Below are positions 55,241 through 64,000 of a stretch of DNA of 64,000 nucleotides, piece by piece; positions within the stretch are counted from its first letter, which is position 1, and every line of letters begins with the position of its first letter. The notes under the pieces were generated by a model, which was given only the letters and a program-made list of their open reading frames with translations, did no database searches and had not been told where the DNA came from. The stretch spans positions 2,648 through 66,647 of the forward strand of contig CAJWQG010000008.1 in assembly GCA_913045175.1 (NCBI GenBank), read 5' to 3'. Source of the stretch: an uncultured Gammaproteobacteria bacterium. GTDB lineage: Bacteria > Pseudomonadota > Gammaproteobacteria > Pseudomonadales > Azotimanducaceae. A program made the translations under genes and the position numbers.

Positions 55241-56077
55241 TTACTTTTTCGCTGACTGTTGTGCGGGTCGAGGTCTGAAGATCGTGTGGTGCCGAATGAG
55301 CGCAACGTCACCTTCACCATCCGTAACGATGCCATCCAATACCTGGTACCAATGTCCCTTGCGGTCATAGGCATCGACAATCTGTGCGCTAACCGTAATG
55401 TCCTGGTCGGCCCTGGCCTCACGCTTGTGTTGAATCTGGCTTCTGGCGTGGATCGTTGGCCCGTAAACAAAGTTGTGTCTTGTGAGCGGTGACATGCGCC
55501 CGGAAAGAAAATACGGGTGAACAAATGCTGGTTCGACGTCTTCGCTTATATAGTGCGGTGTATCCAGGCCAAGATCTTGCGCAACCAGTAGTCGAGATCT
55601 TTCCGAACTCAGATGAACGGTCAGTGGATTCAGAGGCTGGCGCAGCGGCACATGATCGAGATCGTAGGTTGGCAAAGATTCCGGCTGCGGCTGCATTACT
55701 CCAGGTTCCGGCGGTTCAAGTTCATCCAACCACGCAGCATTGCCCAACCCGGCTGTGCCGTCCAGTACAACACGCTTTTCATCCTCGCCGGCGACGCATG
55801 ATATCGACCAGTGATCGTTATCTTCCTCGAGGATAATGTTCAGAACTTCATCTGCAAAGAGCGGCCGGCGCAAGCTGTAGTCTACCCAGCCACTTTCGGG
55901 CCAGGTCTCACCCAGCGCTTTCGTAATTGTGTCGGCTGCCCAGCCATACGTCCGTATTCCCGAGACAAGCGCACCAGCATAGCCAGCCGCATCGGCACCT
56001 TCCGTTTCGTGAATCGGATTTGGTACCCCATCTGGAATTGGGTCTTCGCTGGTCACAAGTGTATCGACAATGCGCAT
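55241..56077 (-). CDS. MaoC-like / double hot-dog fold dehydratase family protein
   Basis: 278 aa. The two-lobed pattern, with its C-terminal part (..IHARSQIQHKREARADQDITVSAQIVDAYDRKGHWYQVLDGIV..), resembles MaoC-type hydratases. This is recognition by eye only. Confidence 0.5.
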   Translation of the reverse strand: MRIVDTLVTSEDPIPDGVPNPIHETEGADAAGYAGALVSGIRTYGWAADTITKALGETWPESGWVDYSLRRPLFADEVLNIILEEDNDHWSISCVAGEDEKRVVLDGTAGLGNAAWLDELEPPEPGVMQPQPESLPTYDLDHVPLRQPLNPLTVHLSSERSRLLVAQDLGLDTPHYISEDVEPAFVHPYFLSGRMSPLTRHNFVYGPTIHARSQIQHKREARADQDITVSAQIVDAYDRKGHWYQVLDGIVTDGEGDVALIRHHTIFRPRPAQQSAKK

Positions 56078-56085
56078 TTGGTTTA

Positions 56086-56934
56086 CTAGCTTAGAATTTC
56101 GTCTAGTACCGGCATGATATATCCCAGGAACAAATTAGGATTCTCGCTCATCGGGAAATGTCCGAGTTTCTCCATCGGTATGAATTTGCAGCCAAGCTGT
56201 TCGGCTATCTCTTTAGCGCCTTCCGGTGGTGCTGAATAGTCATACTCACCTGAAAGCAGGTATACCGGGCAGCGATCCTGATCAATGTCGAGCTTCTGGT
56301 TACGCAAGTCGCCTTCGATAAAGTAGTAGTTGAGGTCTCCCTTGAAAACCCCGGGGCCACCGTTCGCATAATGCCACAAGGTTTCCCAACGATCCTGTTC
56401 CGGGCTTTGCGGCGCCATGATGCCGGATACCGCCGCCGCAGCGGCCTCGCCGCCATGGATGTCGTGGCGATGTAGATAGTCCAGTTGTTCAGGTTTGTTC
56501 TGATCGAGTCCCGCATGTAAGCCGGATTGCAATCCAATAACAGCCCGGGCTTTGTCGGGATGTTTTAAACCGAGGTGTAATACAACTCTGCCACCAATGG
56601 AACAACCCATAACAACCGGTCGGTCTAGCCCCAACGCATCCATAAAGGCGAGAATAAATGCCAGGTATTTCTCTGTGGTGAGCGCGTAAGTCTCTTTCTG
56701 CCAACCAGCGGGTGGCGAGGACTTTCCATGCCAGGGCATGTCGGGAACGATGACGCGAAAATTAGATGCGATGGTCTCGTTATTCACCACACCACGATAC
56801 TGGCGACCATCCGCACCTGCGGTATGCAAACATAAGAGCGGAACCCCTTTCCCCGCTTCCTCGAAATACACCCGGTGCGACTGCCCCTCGATATCCAATG
56901 CCAAATAGTGACCGGTTACAGGCTCGATACTCAT
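56086..56934 (-). CDS. Alpha/beta-fold hydrolase
   Basis: 282 aa with LLCLHTAGADG (oxyanion HG-type) and the VMGCSIGG nucleophile elbow (G-x-S-x-G). There is an ATGA overlap with the upstream SCP2-like gene. Confidence 0.8.
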   Translation of the reverse strand: MSIEPVTGHYLALDIEGQSHRVYFEEAGKGVPLLCLHTAGADGRQYRGVVNNETIASNFRVIVPDMPWHGKSSPPAGWQKETYALTTEKYLAFILAFMDALGLDRPVVMGCSIGGRVVLHLGLKHPDKARAVIGLQSGLHAGLDQNKPEQLDYLHRHDIHGGEAAAAAVSGIMAPQSPEQDRWETLWHYANGGPGVFKGDLNYYFIEGDLRNQKLDIDQDRCPVYLLSGEYDYSAPPEGAKEIAEQLGCKFIPMEKLGHFPMSENPNLFLGYIMPVLDEILS

Positions 56935-57308
56935 AACTCACAGCTCACAAACTTGTTTATCACACCCTTTATGTAGAACATGTTCGACAGCCACGGAATC
57001 ACGTCGCCACTCACCCTTGCGCGACGGGTTTCTACTAGCGCGGTAAGATCCTGGTATCCAGGTTTTGGATTAGCCTCGTTGAATAATGCCCAGGTCTCGG
57101 CGTCGGTTTTGATGATGAAGTCGGTTCCCTTGGGGCCCTCCGTCGCTTCAACAAGTACCTCAACAAGCTTACCGTCGTCGATCACAAACATCGTCCACGT
57201 GTCATCGATTCCGAGCGCGAATTTCGTGGAAAAATATTTTCCCCGCCGCATGAGTTCAGGATCATTATTTACCTGTTCCTGCAGCCGGTTGATCGCATCG
57301 CTGACCAA
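56931..57308 (-). CDS. SCP2 (sterol carrier protein 2)-like small lipid/ligand-binding protein
   Basis: 125 aa with a TTG start 7 nt after AGGGGGA. Size and pattern (..FIIKTDAETWALF....DLTALVETRRARVSGD..) resemble SCP2-domain proteins. This is a low-information call. Confidence 0.45.
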   Translation of the reverse strand: MVSDAINRLQEQVNNDPELMRRGKYFSTKFALGIDDTWTMFVIDDGKLVEVLVEATEGPKGTDFIIKTDAETWALFNEANPKPGYQDLTALVETRRARVSGDVIPWLSNMFYIKGVINKFVSCEL

Positions 57309-57340
57309 CGTTATATCCCCCTATTTTTTGTTCCGAACGT

Positions 57341-58957
57341 TTAGGCGCGTTCACCCTCAATCGGCATTTCGAATCCATTTCCCATGCCTACCCCGTCGAG
57401 TCGGTCGCCGTTAACCTTGCCTTCGAATTGAATGTCGATACCGAACCCGCCTTTGTCGATAACAAAGGAAAACGCGACCTTGTCATCTTCAACCTTAACG
57501 TTGCCAAGCTTGCAGCTGTAGCCAGAGCCATCTTCATAGGTGCCGGTGAGATCAGGCCTTACGTGCAGCTCCCATCTGGCAAACGATTTGTCGACGACCC
57601 AGTCGCCCACGAAGGGGCTGTCGCTGGGCTCTCCCTGCAGTGGCTCTTCTTCCGGTTCCTCGTCTGGCAGGGTCATGATATGTTTCGCGACTTTCAGGGT
57701 TCGCTCTGCAAGTTCGGTAATCTTGTTGTCATTGAACTCGCGCACCGATGATCGAAGACGATCGTTTAGTACACCAATCCATTTCTCTGGTAGTGCATCC
57801 GCACCAAATTTTAATCCCAGGACGGATCCGACAGTGGCGCCATTGCAATCCGTATCCCAGCCGCCACGCACGGAAACGACGATGCCGTTCTCGTAGTCGG
57901 TATTGCCAAAGTAAAGTCCAAGCACGACGAGCGCTGCGTTGTTGATCGTGTGCACACCACTATAGTGGCCATAACGTTCATTGATTTTTTCCCAGACCGC
58001 TTCCCAGTCGCTTAACTCCTGACACCACCCGAGCGTTTCGTGTACTGCTTCCGTAAGGCGGCATTTTGCGGGTATTTCGCTTAAGCCTACGTTGATGATT
58101 TCAACGATGTCGTCTGTGACGTAGGCTGCCGCCAGCATGGCTGCTACAAACATTTCACCGTAGATGCCATTTTTAACGTGGGAAATACAGGCATCCTTAA
58201 AGGCCAGTTCCGCCGCTTTTTCCGGCCACCCTGGTGAGGCATAGCCGAACATGTCAGCACGAATCTGGGCACCGATCCATTCACGGTGGGGATTACGATA
58301 GCTTGCTGATTCGGGCGGCCAGTAGCCGGCAACAAAGTTGCGATAGGCAGCGCGCTCTGCGGTGTATAGCAAGTTCACAGGCATATGGTTCATCCACACA
58401 TTGGCCATGGTCCGCGGAGTGAACTTCTCGCCACGCTCTTCGAGCGCGATCAGACCCAGGATTGGATAATCCATATCGTCATCCCGCTCCATAAACTCGA
58501 TGTTGTCTCGTGTGCTGGTCTTAAGACCAGCACCTATATTCTTTTCGTCATAGGGGACGTAGTTGTCGAGCGGCAAAGCATTTTTCGACTCAAGGTATTC
58601 GTCAATGCGTGCTTTGGGCCAGCCCTCTGTGGGTTTGCCGAGGGAACAACCGGCCGCACGCCCAAGCCAGGCACCGTGGATACGATCATAAATTTCTTCG
58701 TCGCTGATCGAGATTTCCATGCGACGTGGCCCATCGGGCCTTAATGCTTTTATCTCTTCAAGCGTCGAAGGCTCGTCGTAGCCGAACGAATCAGAGGGCT
58801 CCAGGGTATCCAGTTCGTTGTACAACCTGACCATCTCTTCCTTGTCGTCGGCTTTAAGGGCCGCTTCGACACGGGTCTCCAGGTCGCCAAGATCGCAGCC
58901 TTCTTCCTGGCGCTGCGTGATTTCACCGCGGATAAATAGTCGTTCTACATTCTTCAT
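57341..58957 (-). CDS. ADP-ribosylglycohydrolase (ARH/DraG) family protein with N- and C-terminal extensions
   Basis: 538 aa. IHGAWLGRAAGCSLGKPTEGW (ARH N-motif with Cys in place of the usual Asp) and GGWDTDCNGATVGSVLG (ARH C-motif). There are ~90 extra aa at the N-terminus and ~110 extra aa at the C-terminus. Confidence 0.75.
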   Translation of the reverse strand: MKNVERLFIRGEITQRQEEGCDLGDLETRVEAALKADDKEEMVRLYNELDTLEPSDSFGYDEPSTLEEIKALRPDGPRRMEISISDEEIYDRIHGAWLGRAAGCSLGKPTEGWPKARIDEYLESKNALPLDNYVPYDEKNIGAGLKTSTRDNIEFMERDDDMDYPILGLIALEERGEKFTPRTMANVWMNHMPVNLLYTAERAAYRNFVAGYWPPESASYRNPHREWIGAQIRADMFGYASPGWPEKAAELAFKDACISHVKNGIYGEMFVAAMLAAAYVTDDIVEIINVGLSEIPAKCRLTEAVHETLGWCQELSDWEAVWEKINERYGHYSGVHTINNAALVVLGLYFGNTDYENGIVVSVRGGWDTDCNGATVGSVLGLKFGADALPEKWIGVLNDRLRSSVREFNDNKITELAERTLKVAKHIMTLPDEEPEEEPLQGEPSDSPFVGDWVVDKSFARWELHVRPDLTGTYEDGSGYSCKLGNVKVEDDKVAFSFVIDKGGFGIDIQFEGKVNGDRLDGVGMGNGFEMPIEGERA

Positions 58958-59057
58958 TTAATCGGCAGCCATAATGTGCAAAAAAGGGGAACTGAAGGAT
59001 ACCTATTTTTGCTGGTCAATACGCAAGGTTTATGCAAGGATTTGAATGTCGTTAGGT

Positions 59058-59990
59058 TCACTCAGCCCCAGCCAAATCCAACCGGTCAAGGATCTCATCC
59101 GATAGGATGAGATCAAAGCCTGCGAAACTCTCTTCCATTTGCTCGGACTTGCTGGCACCCGATATGACAATCACACCGCGACCGGTCATCCAGGCGAAAA
59201 TTACCTGGATGGGGGTGGCATCCACTTCTTTGGCGACTTCCATCAATGTGGCCATGCGCGCATCGGAATCAGCATGTAGGTACTGAGCCCTCATTGGCTT
59301 GTCGTCCCTGACGTAGGCACCACTTAACAGAGGAGAATAAGCGACCAGTTGAAAGTCTCGCTCCTTGCAGTATTCAAGCAGGTCATCATTGGTCGACTTC
59401 TGAAAACCAAAATCAGCATCGACTCGTGGTCGCAAATAGGTATAACGCTGTTGCACGCATACGAAGGAACTAATATTTTTCGCGGCGCTCACTCCTGCTG
59501 CTTCAGCGAGCCGCCACGCCTTAAAGTTGCTGGCGCCGATGTATCGAACCTTACCTTCCTGTACGAGTTCATCCATGGTTCCCAGCTGATCCTCAAGCGG
59601 GACACTGCGGTCATCGCAGTGAAAGTAATACAGATCAATGTGATCGGTCTGCAGTCGTTTCAGGCTGCGCTCGCACTCCCTGCGGATATGTTCCGGCGCA
59701 GATGACATAGGCGCATCGTTAGCAGTGCCGCCCATCTTGGTGGCAAGAATCACGTCGTTTCTGTTGCCGCGATCAGCAAACCAGTTACCGATCATGGTTT
59801 CACTCTCACCACCCTTTGCGCGCCAGATAGCATAGTTGTTAGCAGTATCCAGAAAGTTACCGCCCCCGCCGACATATTGGTCCAGCATGTTGTAGGAAAT
59901 AGTTTTGTCGTCGCGGGAACCCCATTCCTGGCCTCCCAGACAGAACATGCTGACGTTAAGGTCGGTGTTGTTGATGGTTTTTGTTTTCAT
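59058..59990 (-). CDS. Aldo/keto reductase family oxidoreductase
   Basis: 310 aa with FLDTANNY, DLYYFH and IGASNF, which are typical AKR motifs. The ATG directly abuts the upstream stop. Confidence 0.85.
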   Translation of the reverse strand: MKTKTINNTDLNVSMFCLGGQEWGSRDDKTISYNMLDQYVGGGGNFLDTANNYAIWRAKGGESETMIGNWFADRGNRNDVILATKMGGTANDAPMSSAPEHIRRECERSLKRLQTDHIDLYYFHCDDRSVPLEDQLGTMDELVQEGKVRYIGASNFKAWRLAEAAGVSAAKNISSFVCVQQRYTYLRPRVDADFGFQKSTNDDLLEYCKERDFQLVAYSPLLSGAYVRDDKPMRAQYLHADSDARMATLMEVAKEVDATPIQVIFAWMTGRGVIVISGASKSEQMEESFAGFDLILSDEILDRLDLAGAE

Positions 59991-61079
59991 TTATTTCTCC
60001 GTTAATCTCTCTACTGCTGCTTCATTCAGTTCGATGCCGTATCCAGGCTTGTCAGTAAGTACTGCATCGCCACCCTTTGGCAGAACATCTTCGCCGTAGA
60101 GCTCTGCGATGTCGTCCAGTGGACCGGAAAATTCGATTGAAAATTCATGCGGCCTGGTTGCGTTCTGGCTTGTCGCATAGACGTGCATTGATGCCATGGA
60201 GTTAATCCCAGCCTGGGGGCTGTGCGGCATCACTTGCTTGTTGATGGTCTCGGCCCAGTCAAAGATTCGTTTCACCTCTGACGGTCCACCTGCATTCAGG
60301 ATGTCAGGCTGCAGAATATCTGGATCACCCAGCTTTACCAATTGTTGAAACCACCAGCCGTATTCATCCTGTTCACCTGCAGAGACGGCTACATCCAGTG
60401 CATCGGCAACCTGTTTTAACCCGGCCAGGTCCCAGTGTGGAATGGGTTCCTCGTAGTGGTTGATGCCAAGCTCCTCGAAACGTCGTCCTTGCTGAATGGC
60501 GGTAGAAACCGAGTATCCGTTGTTAACATCGAAGCCAAGGTAGGTATCTCCTGCAAGGAACTCACGCACTTCCTTGAACATGTAGTAATCCTTCTCAGGA
60601 TCAATGTCCTGCCGCCAGCCGCGCCAGTCCATACGAATCTTGAAGGCCCGAAAACCTCGCTGCCAGCCTTCCTCAACCAGACGCAACATCTCTTCCGGCT
60701 GCATCTTCCAACCGGAGCCAACGCTCCAGTAGAGGGGAATGGTGGTTCTGGCCGCGCCGCCCATGAGCTTGTGCACAGGTAACCCGGTTTCCTTGCCCAG
60801 GAGGTCCCACAGTGCAACATCAATGATGCCAACTGCCCAACCCGGCAGCCTAAAGACAACTTCTTCTTTCCCGAGGGCGAGTGTGGTCCAGTGTCGCTGG
60901 ATGGTGCGTGGGTCTTCACCAACAAGTGCAGTTTTAATTCTATTTTCAAGGTAAGCGTTGAACACAGAGCGATTTCGCCCAGAGACCTCTGACCAGCCCT
61001 CAACACCAGCGTTAGTCTGAATGCGCAGCAGGCTTTTGCCGATGTTCAACGGTGTAATTGTGATGTTAGTTATTTTCAT
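59991..61079 (-). CDS. Mandelate racemase/muconate lactonizing enzyme family protein (enolase superfamily)
   Basis: 362 aa with FKIRMDW, FDVNNGY, YEEP and AGEQ metal-ligand/acid-base pattern. Confidence 0.85.
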   Translation of the reverse strand: MKITNITITPLNIGKSLLRIQTNAGVEGWSEVSGRNRSVFNAYLENRIKTALVGEDPRTIQRHWTTLALGKEEVVFRLPGWAVGIIDVALWDLLGKETGLPVHKLMGGAARTTIPLYWSVGSGWKMQPEEMLRLVEEGWQRGFRAFKIRMDWRGWRQDIDPEKDYYMFKEVREFLAGDTYLGFDVNNGYSVSTAIQQGRRFEELGINHYEEPIPHWDLAGLKQVADALDVAVSAGEQDEYGWWFQQLVKLGDPDILQPDILNAGGPSEVKRIFDWAETINKQVMPHSPQAGINSMASMHVYATSQNATRPHEFSIEFSGPLDDIAELYGEDVLPKGGDAVLTDKPGYGIELNEAAVERLTEK

Positions 61080-61159
61080 AGCAGTGAGCCGATGTTCGAC
61101 TCGCCATACTGATCCAGCGTGGCATAGGATGCAACTAGTGCTCCAACAAGGGTGGTGTC

Positions 61160-62134
61160 ATGAGAGCGGTTCAGGTGCTGGGCAACGAACAGATCATGGT
61201 CTTGGATCGACCCGATCCGGAAGCGACCGACGGTCTGGTCACTATCAAGATTGAAACCTCGGCGATCTGCGGTAGTGAACGTCGCGGCTACTTCGGTGAA
61301 GGGGTACCGGAGGGCAATGGTGGGCACGAGGCAGCTGGCACGATTGTGGATGCGGACGCGCCGACTCAGTGGCAAACGGGGGATCGCGTTACGCTTCACT
61401 CGGCTGCCCCCTGTGGTCATTGTCGTCACTGCTGGGTAGGTAACTGGGTCCTTTGCGAAAGTCGTGAACGACGTGGCACCCGAGGTAATCATTCCCAGTA
61501 TGTCGCGACGGACCCGGCCAGATGCTTACCATTACCCGACGATATCTCTTTTGAGATCGGTTCACTGATAGGTGATGCATTTGGCACACCGTTCCGTGCG
61601 ATTCAGAAAGTCGGTGTCACGGTACTCGACCGAGTGTTGATTATGGGTCAGGGTCCGGTTGGACTTGCAGCGACCATGATTTGCAAGTTCTTCAATGCAC
61701 AGGTGGTGGTCGCAGACGTTAACGAATACCGTCTTGAACAGGCGCGCGCATGTGGTGCAGATGAAACCTTGAATCCGAATAGTGACGATGTGCAGGCAGT
61801 AGCACCGCATGTGGCGTTCGATTGCACCGGTAATTCAGTTGCGCAGACTGCATGCCTAGATGCTGCGCAGGTAGGTGGGCGAGTGGCGTTGATTGGCGTG
61901 ACAGGTAATGGGCCTTCCATTAACACACTGGAACACTTCACAAAGAAGGAACTCACCGTATACGGCACCTGGTATTCAACCCCGGTGGATCACCTGGATC
62001 TTATTGAAATTATTCGCCGCGGGCTGTCGGCGGAGCGTATCATCACTCATCGATTTGATATTGAAGATGCGCCCGAGGCGTTTTCGAAGTTCTTCGCTGG
62101 CGAGGCTGCGAAGGTGATCCTTACGCCCTGGTGA
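61160..62134 (+). CDS. Zinc-binding MDR dehydrogenase (sorbitol/threonine dehydrogenase-like)
   Basis: 324 aa with SAICGSE (catalytic Zn), CGHCRHCWVGNWVLC (structural Zn Cys cluster), and IMGQGPVGL (Rossmann fold). Confidence 0.8.
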   Translation: MRAVQVLGNEQIMVLDRPDPEATDGLVTIKIETSAICGSERRGYFGEGVPEGNGGHEAAGTIVDADAPTQWQTGDRVTLHSAAPCGHCRHCWVGNWVLCESRERRGTRGNHSQYVATDPARCLPLPDDISFEIGSLIGDAFGTPFRAIQKVGVTVLDRVLIMGQGPVGLAATMICKFFNAQVVVADVNEYRLEQARACGADETLNPNSDDVQAVAPHVAFDCTGNSVAQTACLDAAQVGGRVALIGVTGNGPSINTLEHFTKKELTVYGTWYSTPVDHLDLIEIIRRGLSAERIITHRFDIEDAPEAFSKFFAGEAAKVILTPW

Positions 62135-62155
62135 CAGAACCTGGTCTGGCTTCGG

Positions 62156-62632
62156 TCACGAGTAGAGACCACTTTTCAACTCGTCAATGACGTCCTTTCT
62201 AAATAGCGCAGGTTCCGGGTTGTTCATCTTTAATATTACCCACTCGTCGTCGATCCTTTTGAATTCCCACGACCATCGGGTCAACGTGCGGGCGGTATCG
62301 AGTTGTCCGGGCACATGGTTACCACTTGGGTCTTTTAAATCCTCAGGCTCCGGGTCTGCAACGTAGTGTGTACAGTAGTGCGTGGCGGTCGCGTGGTCGT
62401 CGTCGACCACATCAATCAACAGGTTACTACAGAGCACCACGTTGACATTATGGTCCACTTTTTCAATGTGATCGAAGTGCTCGCGGATCTGTTCGCGGCT
62501 ATTGAACTTGGCAAACTGACCCTCCTCAGCGAACAGATCAGCGACTTTCGCCTGTTCCCCTTCGAGAACCTTCAAAAACTTATAGATCAGTCGTTCACAT
62601 TGCTTGTGTATCTCGAACTCGTTCGTCGCCAT
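62156..62632 (-). CDS. NTF2-like / SnoaL-like fold protein
   Basis: 158 aa. Size and the N-terminal helix pattern (EIHKQCERLIYKFLKVLE) with a C-terminal beta-rich part resemble the SnoaL_4 family. This is a low-information call. Confidence 0.45.
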   Translation of the reverse strand: MATNEFEIHKQCERLIYKFLKVLEGEQAKVADLFAEEGQFAKFNSREQIREHFDHIEKVDHNVNVVLCSNLLIDVVDDDHATATHYCTHYVADPEPEDLKDPSGNHVPGQLDTARTLTRWSWEFKRIDDEWVILKMNNPEPALFRKDVIDELKSGLYS

Positions 62633-62662
62633 TAGCTGTCCTGTGTTTATGTTGAGTAGGTT

Positions 62663-63394
62663 TCAATCCGCGTTACGGATTGCGTTCAAATGATCCTTAA
62701 CGCCCCGGGTGACCATGGCCGTTGCTGGTAGTGCCTGGAAGAAGCTGTATTCCTCGCGCTTTAACCAGTCTACTGGTCCTCCCAGCTTTTTTCCGGCGTT
62801 TAAAGTCGCGTCGTTGATTTTAGATACGAGCGCTTCATGCTCCGGTGTGCCCTGCCGGTGTCCGGAGAAACTGGCAAGATCGTTCGCCGCGGTGAAGACG
62901 ATATCTACGCCAGGCACTGCGGCGATCTTCTCGACATTTTCTACCCCGGTTGGCGATTCGATCTGTGCAACGACCATAATGTTGTCATTGGCCGTGTTGC
63001 GATAATCATCGTCCCAGAGGTCTCTGTATTGACCACCACCATGGCTACGTTTACCTTCAGGTGGATACTTGGTAATGCGAATTGCATTTTCAACTTTCTC
63101 CGGTTCATCCACCATCGGAACGATAATGCCGAGTGCGCCAATGTCGGTAGCTTTCTGGATATCACCTTCAGTTGCATCCGGCACGCGTATGAAAGGTGTC
63201 ACAGGCAGGTCATGTCCGGCCCAGATCAGGCTGGCTGCTTCCTGGTAGGTTATTGGGCTGTGCTGCATTTCGATCCACATAAAGTCGAGCCCGGCCTTCG
63301 CCATTGCGCGATAAATCTTTGGGTCCGGGGTATCGATGGTGCCACCGATAACCTGCTCGCCCCTGCCGAGCTTCTCTTTGACGGTGTTGTACAT
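62663..63394 (-). CDS. HpcH/HpaI family class II aldolase
   Basis: 243 aa with GLDFMWIEMQHSP, FIRVP and VAQIES motifs of the HpcH/HpaI aldolase family. Confidence 0.8.
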   Translation of the reverse strand: MYNTVKEKLGRGEQVIGGTIDTPDPKIYRAMAKAGLDFMWIEMQHSPITYQEAASLIWAGHDLPVTPFIRVPDATEGDIQKATDIGALGIIVPMVDEPEKVENAIRITKYPPEGKRSHGGGQYRDLWDDDYRNTANDNIMVVAQIESPTGVENVEKIAAVPGVDIVFTAANDLASFSGHRQGTPEHEALVSKINDATLNAGKKLGGPVDWLKREEYSFFQALPATAMVTRGVKDHLNAIRNAD

Positions 63395-63417
63395 AGTATT
63401 CCTGGTTCTAAAAAGAC

Positions 63418-64000
63418 CTATCGGCCGACGACACTTCTTGCGATCAGTTCCTTCATGATCTCAGAGGTGCCGCCGTAGATTCGCTGAATCCTGGCATCAA
63501 GGTAAAAGCGCGAGATCTTGTATTCACGCATATATCCGTAACCACCGAACAACTGAAGGCACTGATCGGCAATTCTTCCCTGCATTTCACTGGCAGCAAG
63601 TTTGCACAGGGAGGCCTCGGCGGGTGTTAGCTCGCCTCGCTGAAAGCGGTCGACGTATTTCTCAGCGAGCGCGCGATTCAGTTCGATCTCGGTTTTGAGA
63701 TCCGCAAGTTTGTAGCGGGTATTCTGGAAACTTGATACTGCCTCACCAAAGGCTTTGCGCTCCGTTACATACTCCACCGTCAAATCAAAGATGCCTTCTG
63801 CGGCGGCAACGCAGCCAACGCCCAGGATAAGCCGTTCGCGGGGCAACTCGTTCATAAGGTTCGCAAAGCCCTTACCCTCACCACCGAGTATATCGGCAGC
63901 GGACACCCGCACGTCGTCAAAGAAAAGCTCGGACGTGTCGCCGGAATGCAGGCCAATCTTCTCGAGGTTCCGGCCCCGCTTGAAGCCGGGCAGATGACAG
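63418..64000 (-). CDS. Acyl-CoA dehydrogenase, C-terminal part (5' end outside window)
   Basis: The frame is open to the window edge. ..CLQLFGGYGYMREYKISRFYLDARIQRIYGGTSEIMKELIAR is the canonical ACAD C-terminal domain. Confidence 0.8.
   Translation of the reverse strand, partial: CHLPGFKRGRNLEKIGLHSGDTSELFFDDVRVSAADILGGEGKGFANLMNELPRERLILGVGCVAAAEGIFDLTVEYVTERKAFGEAVSSFQNTRYKLADLKTEIELNRALAEKYVDRFQRGELTPAEASLCKLAASEMQGRIADQCLQLFGGYGYMREYKISRFYLDARIQRIYGGTSEIMKELIARSVVGR

Noticed and set aside
1-64000. Prophage, integrative element, defence system (restriction-modification, toxin-antitoxin, CBASS-like), tRNA/rRNA genes.
   Set aside because: No integrase, phage structural gene, nuclease/ATPase defence-type gene, att-like flanking repeat or tRNA-like cloverleaf was recognised by eye. 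The ARH-family gene sits in a metabolic operon rather than beside an ADP-ribosyltransferase.

Overview
Dense 64-kb chromosomal segment with about 50 CDS, short or overlapping gene junctions, and roughly 50-55% GC by eye. The host is Gram-negative, shown by a TonB-dependent receptor, lipobox lipoproteins and an RND pump. The gene content suggests a marine heterotrophic gammaproteobacterium, but that is inference only. The content is almost entirely enzymatic or transport, and I found no rRNA, tRNA, CRISPR, integrase, phage gene or recognisable transcription factor by eye. Well-supported blocks: yhdH-like reductase, methylcrotonyl-CoA-type carboxylase and PhyH dioxygenase (243-5958); a type-B esterase; a sulfatase; an RND pump whose permease is frameshifted; and an NAD-dependent formate dehydrogenase operon with a fused gamma-beta subunit (26640-32534). 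Also present are a GMC oxidoreductase with its small subunit, two tandem FG-GAP/ASPIC lipoproteins beside a TonB receptor, and many paralogous catabolic enzymes (2 D-aminoacylases, 3 Zn-ADHs, 2 enolase-superfamily enzymes, 2 AKRs, 3 intact LLM oxidoreductases plus 1 decayed). The most interesting items follow. (a) Four paralogues of an acetoacetate-decarboxylase-fold family with long N-terminal extensions sit in two tandem pairs (7743-9916 and 20812-22643). (b) A 17-bp tandem repeat array runs into the non-ATG start of a TauD-like gene, which is translationally coupled to an orphan QueE-like radical SAM enzyme and followed by an F420-type LLM. (c) A tightly coupled five-gene operon is led by a 538-aa ADP-ribosylglycohydrolase-family protein (54235-58957). 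(d) An orphan 422-aa protein with a transposase-like N-terminus is start-stop coupled to an LLM oxidoreductase (50874-53104). (e) An 88-bp non-coding element is duplicated with a 141-bp period in a divergent promoter region (33437-33664). No candidate could be confirmed as a truly novel system from sequence alone. All functional calls are motif- and family-level recognition by eye, without searches.
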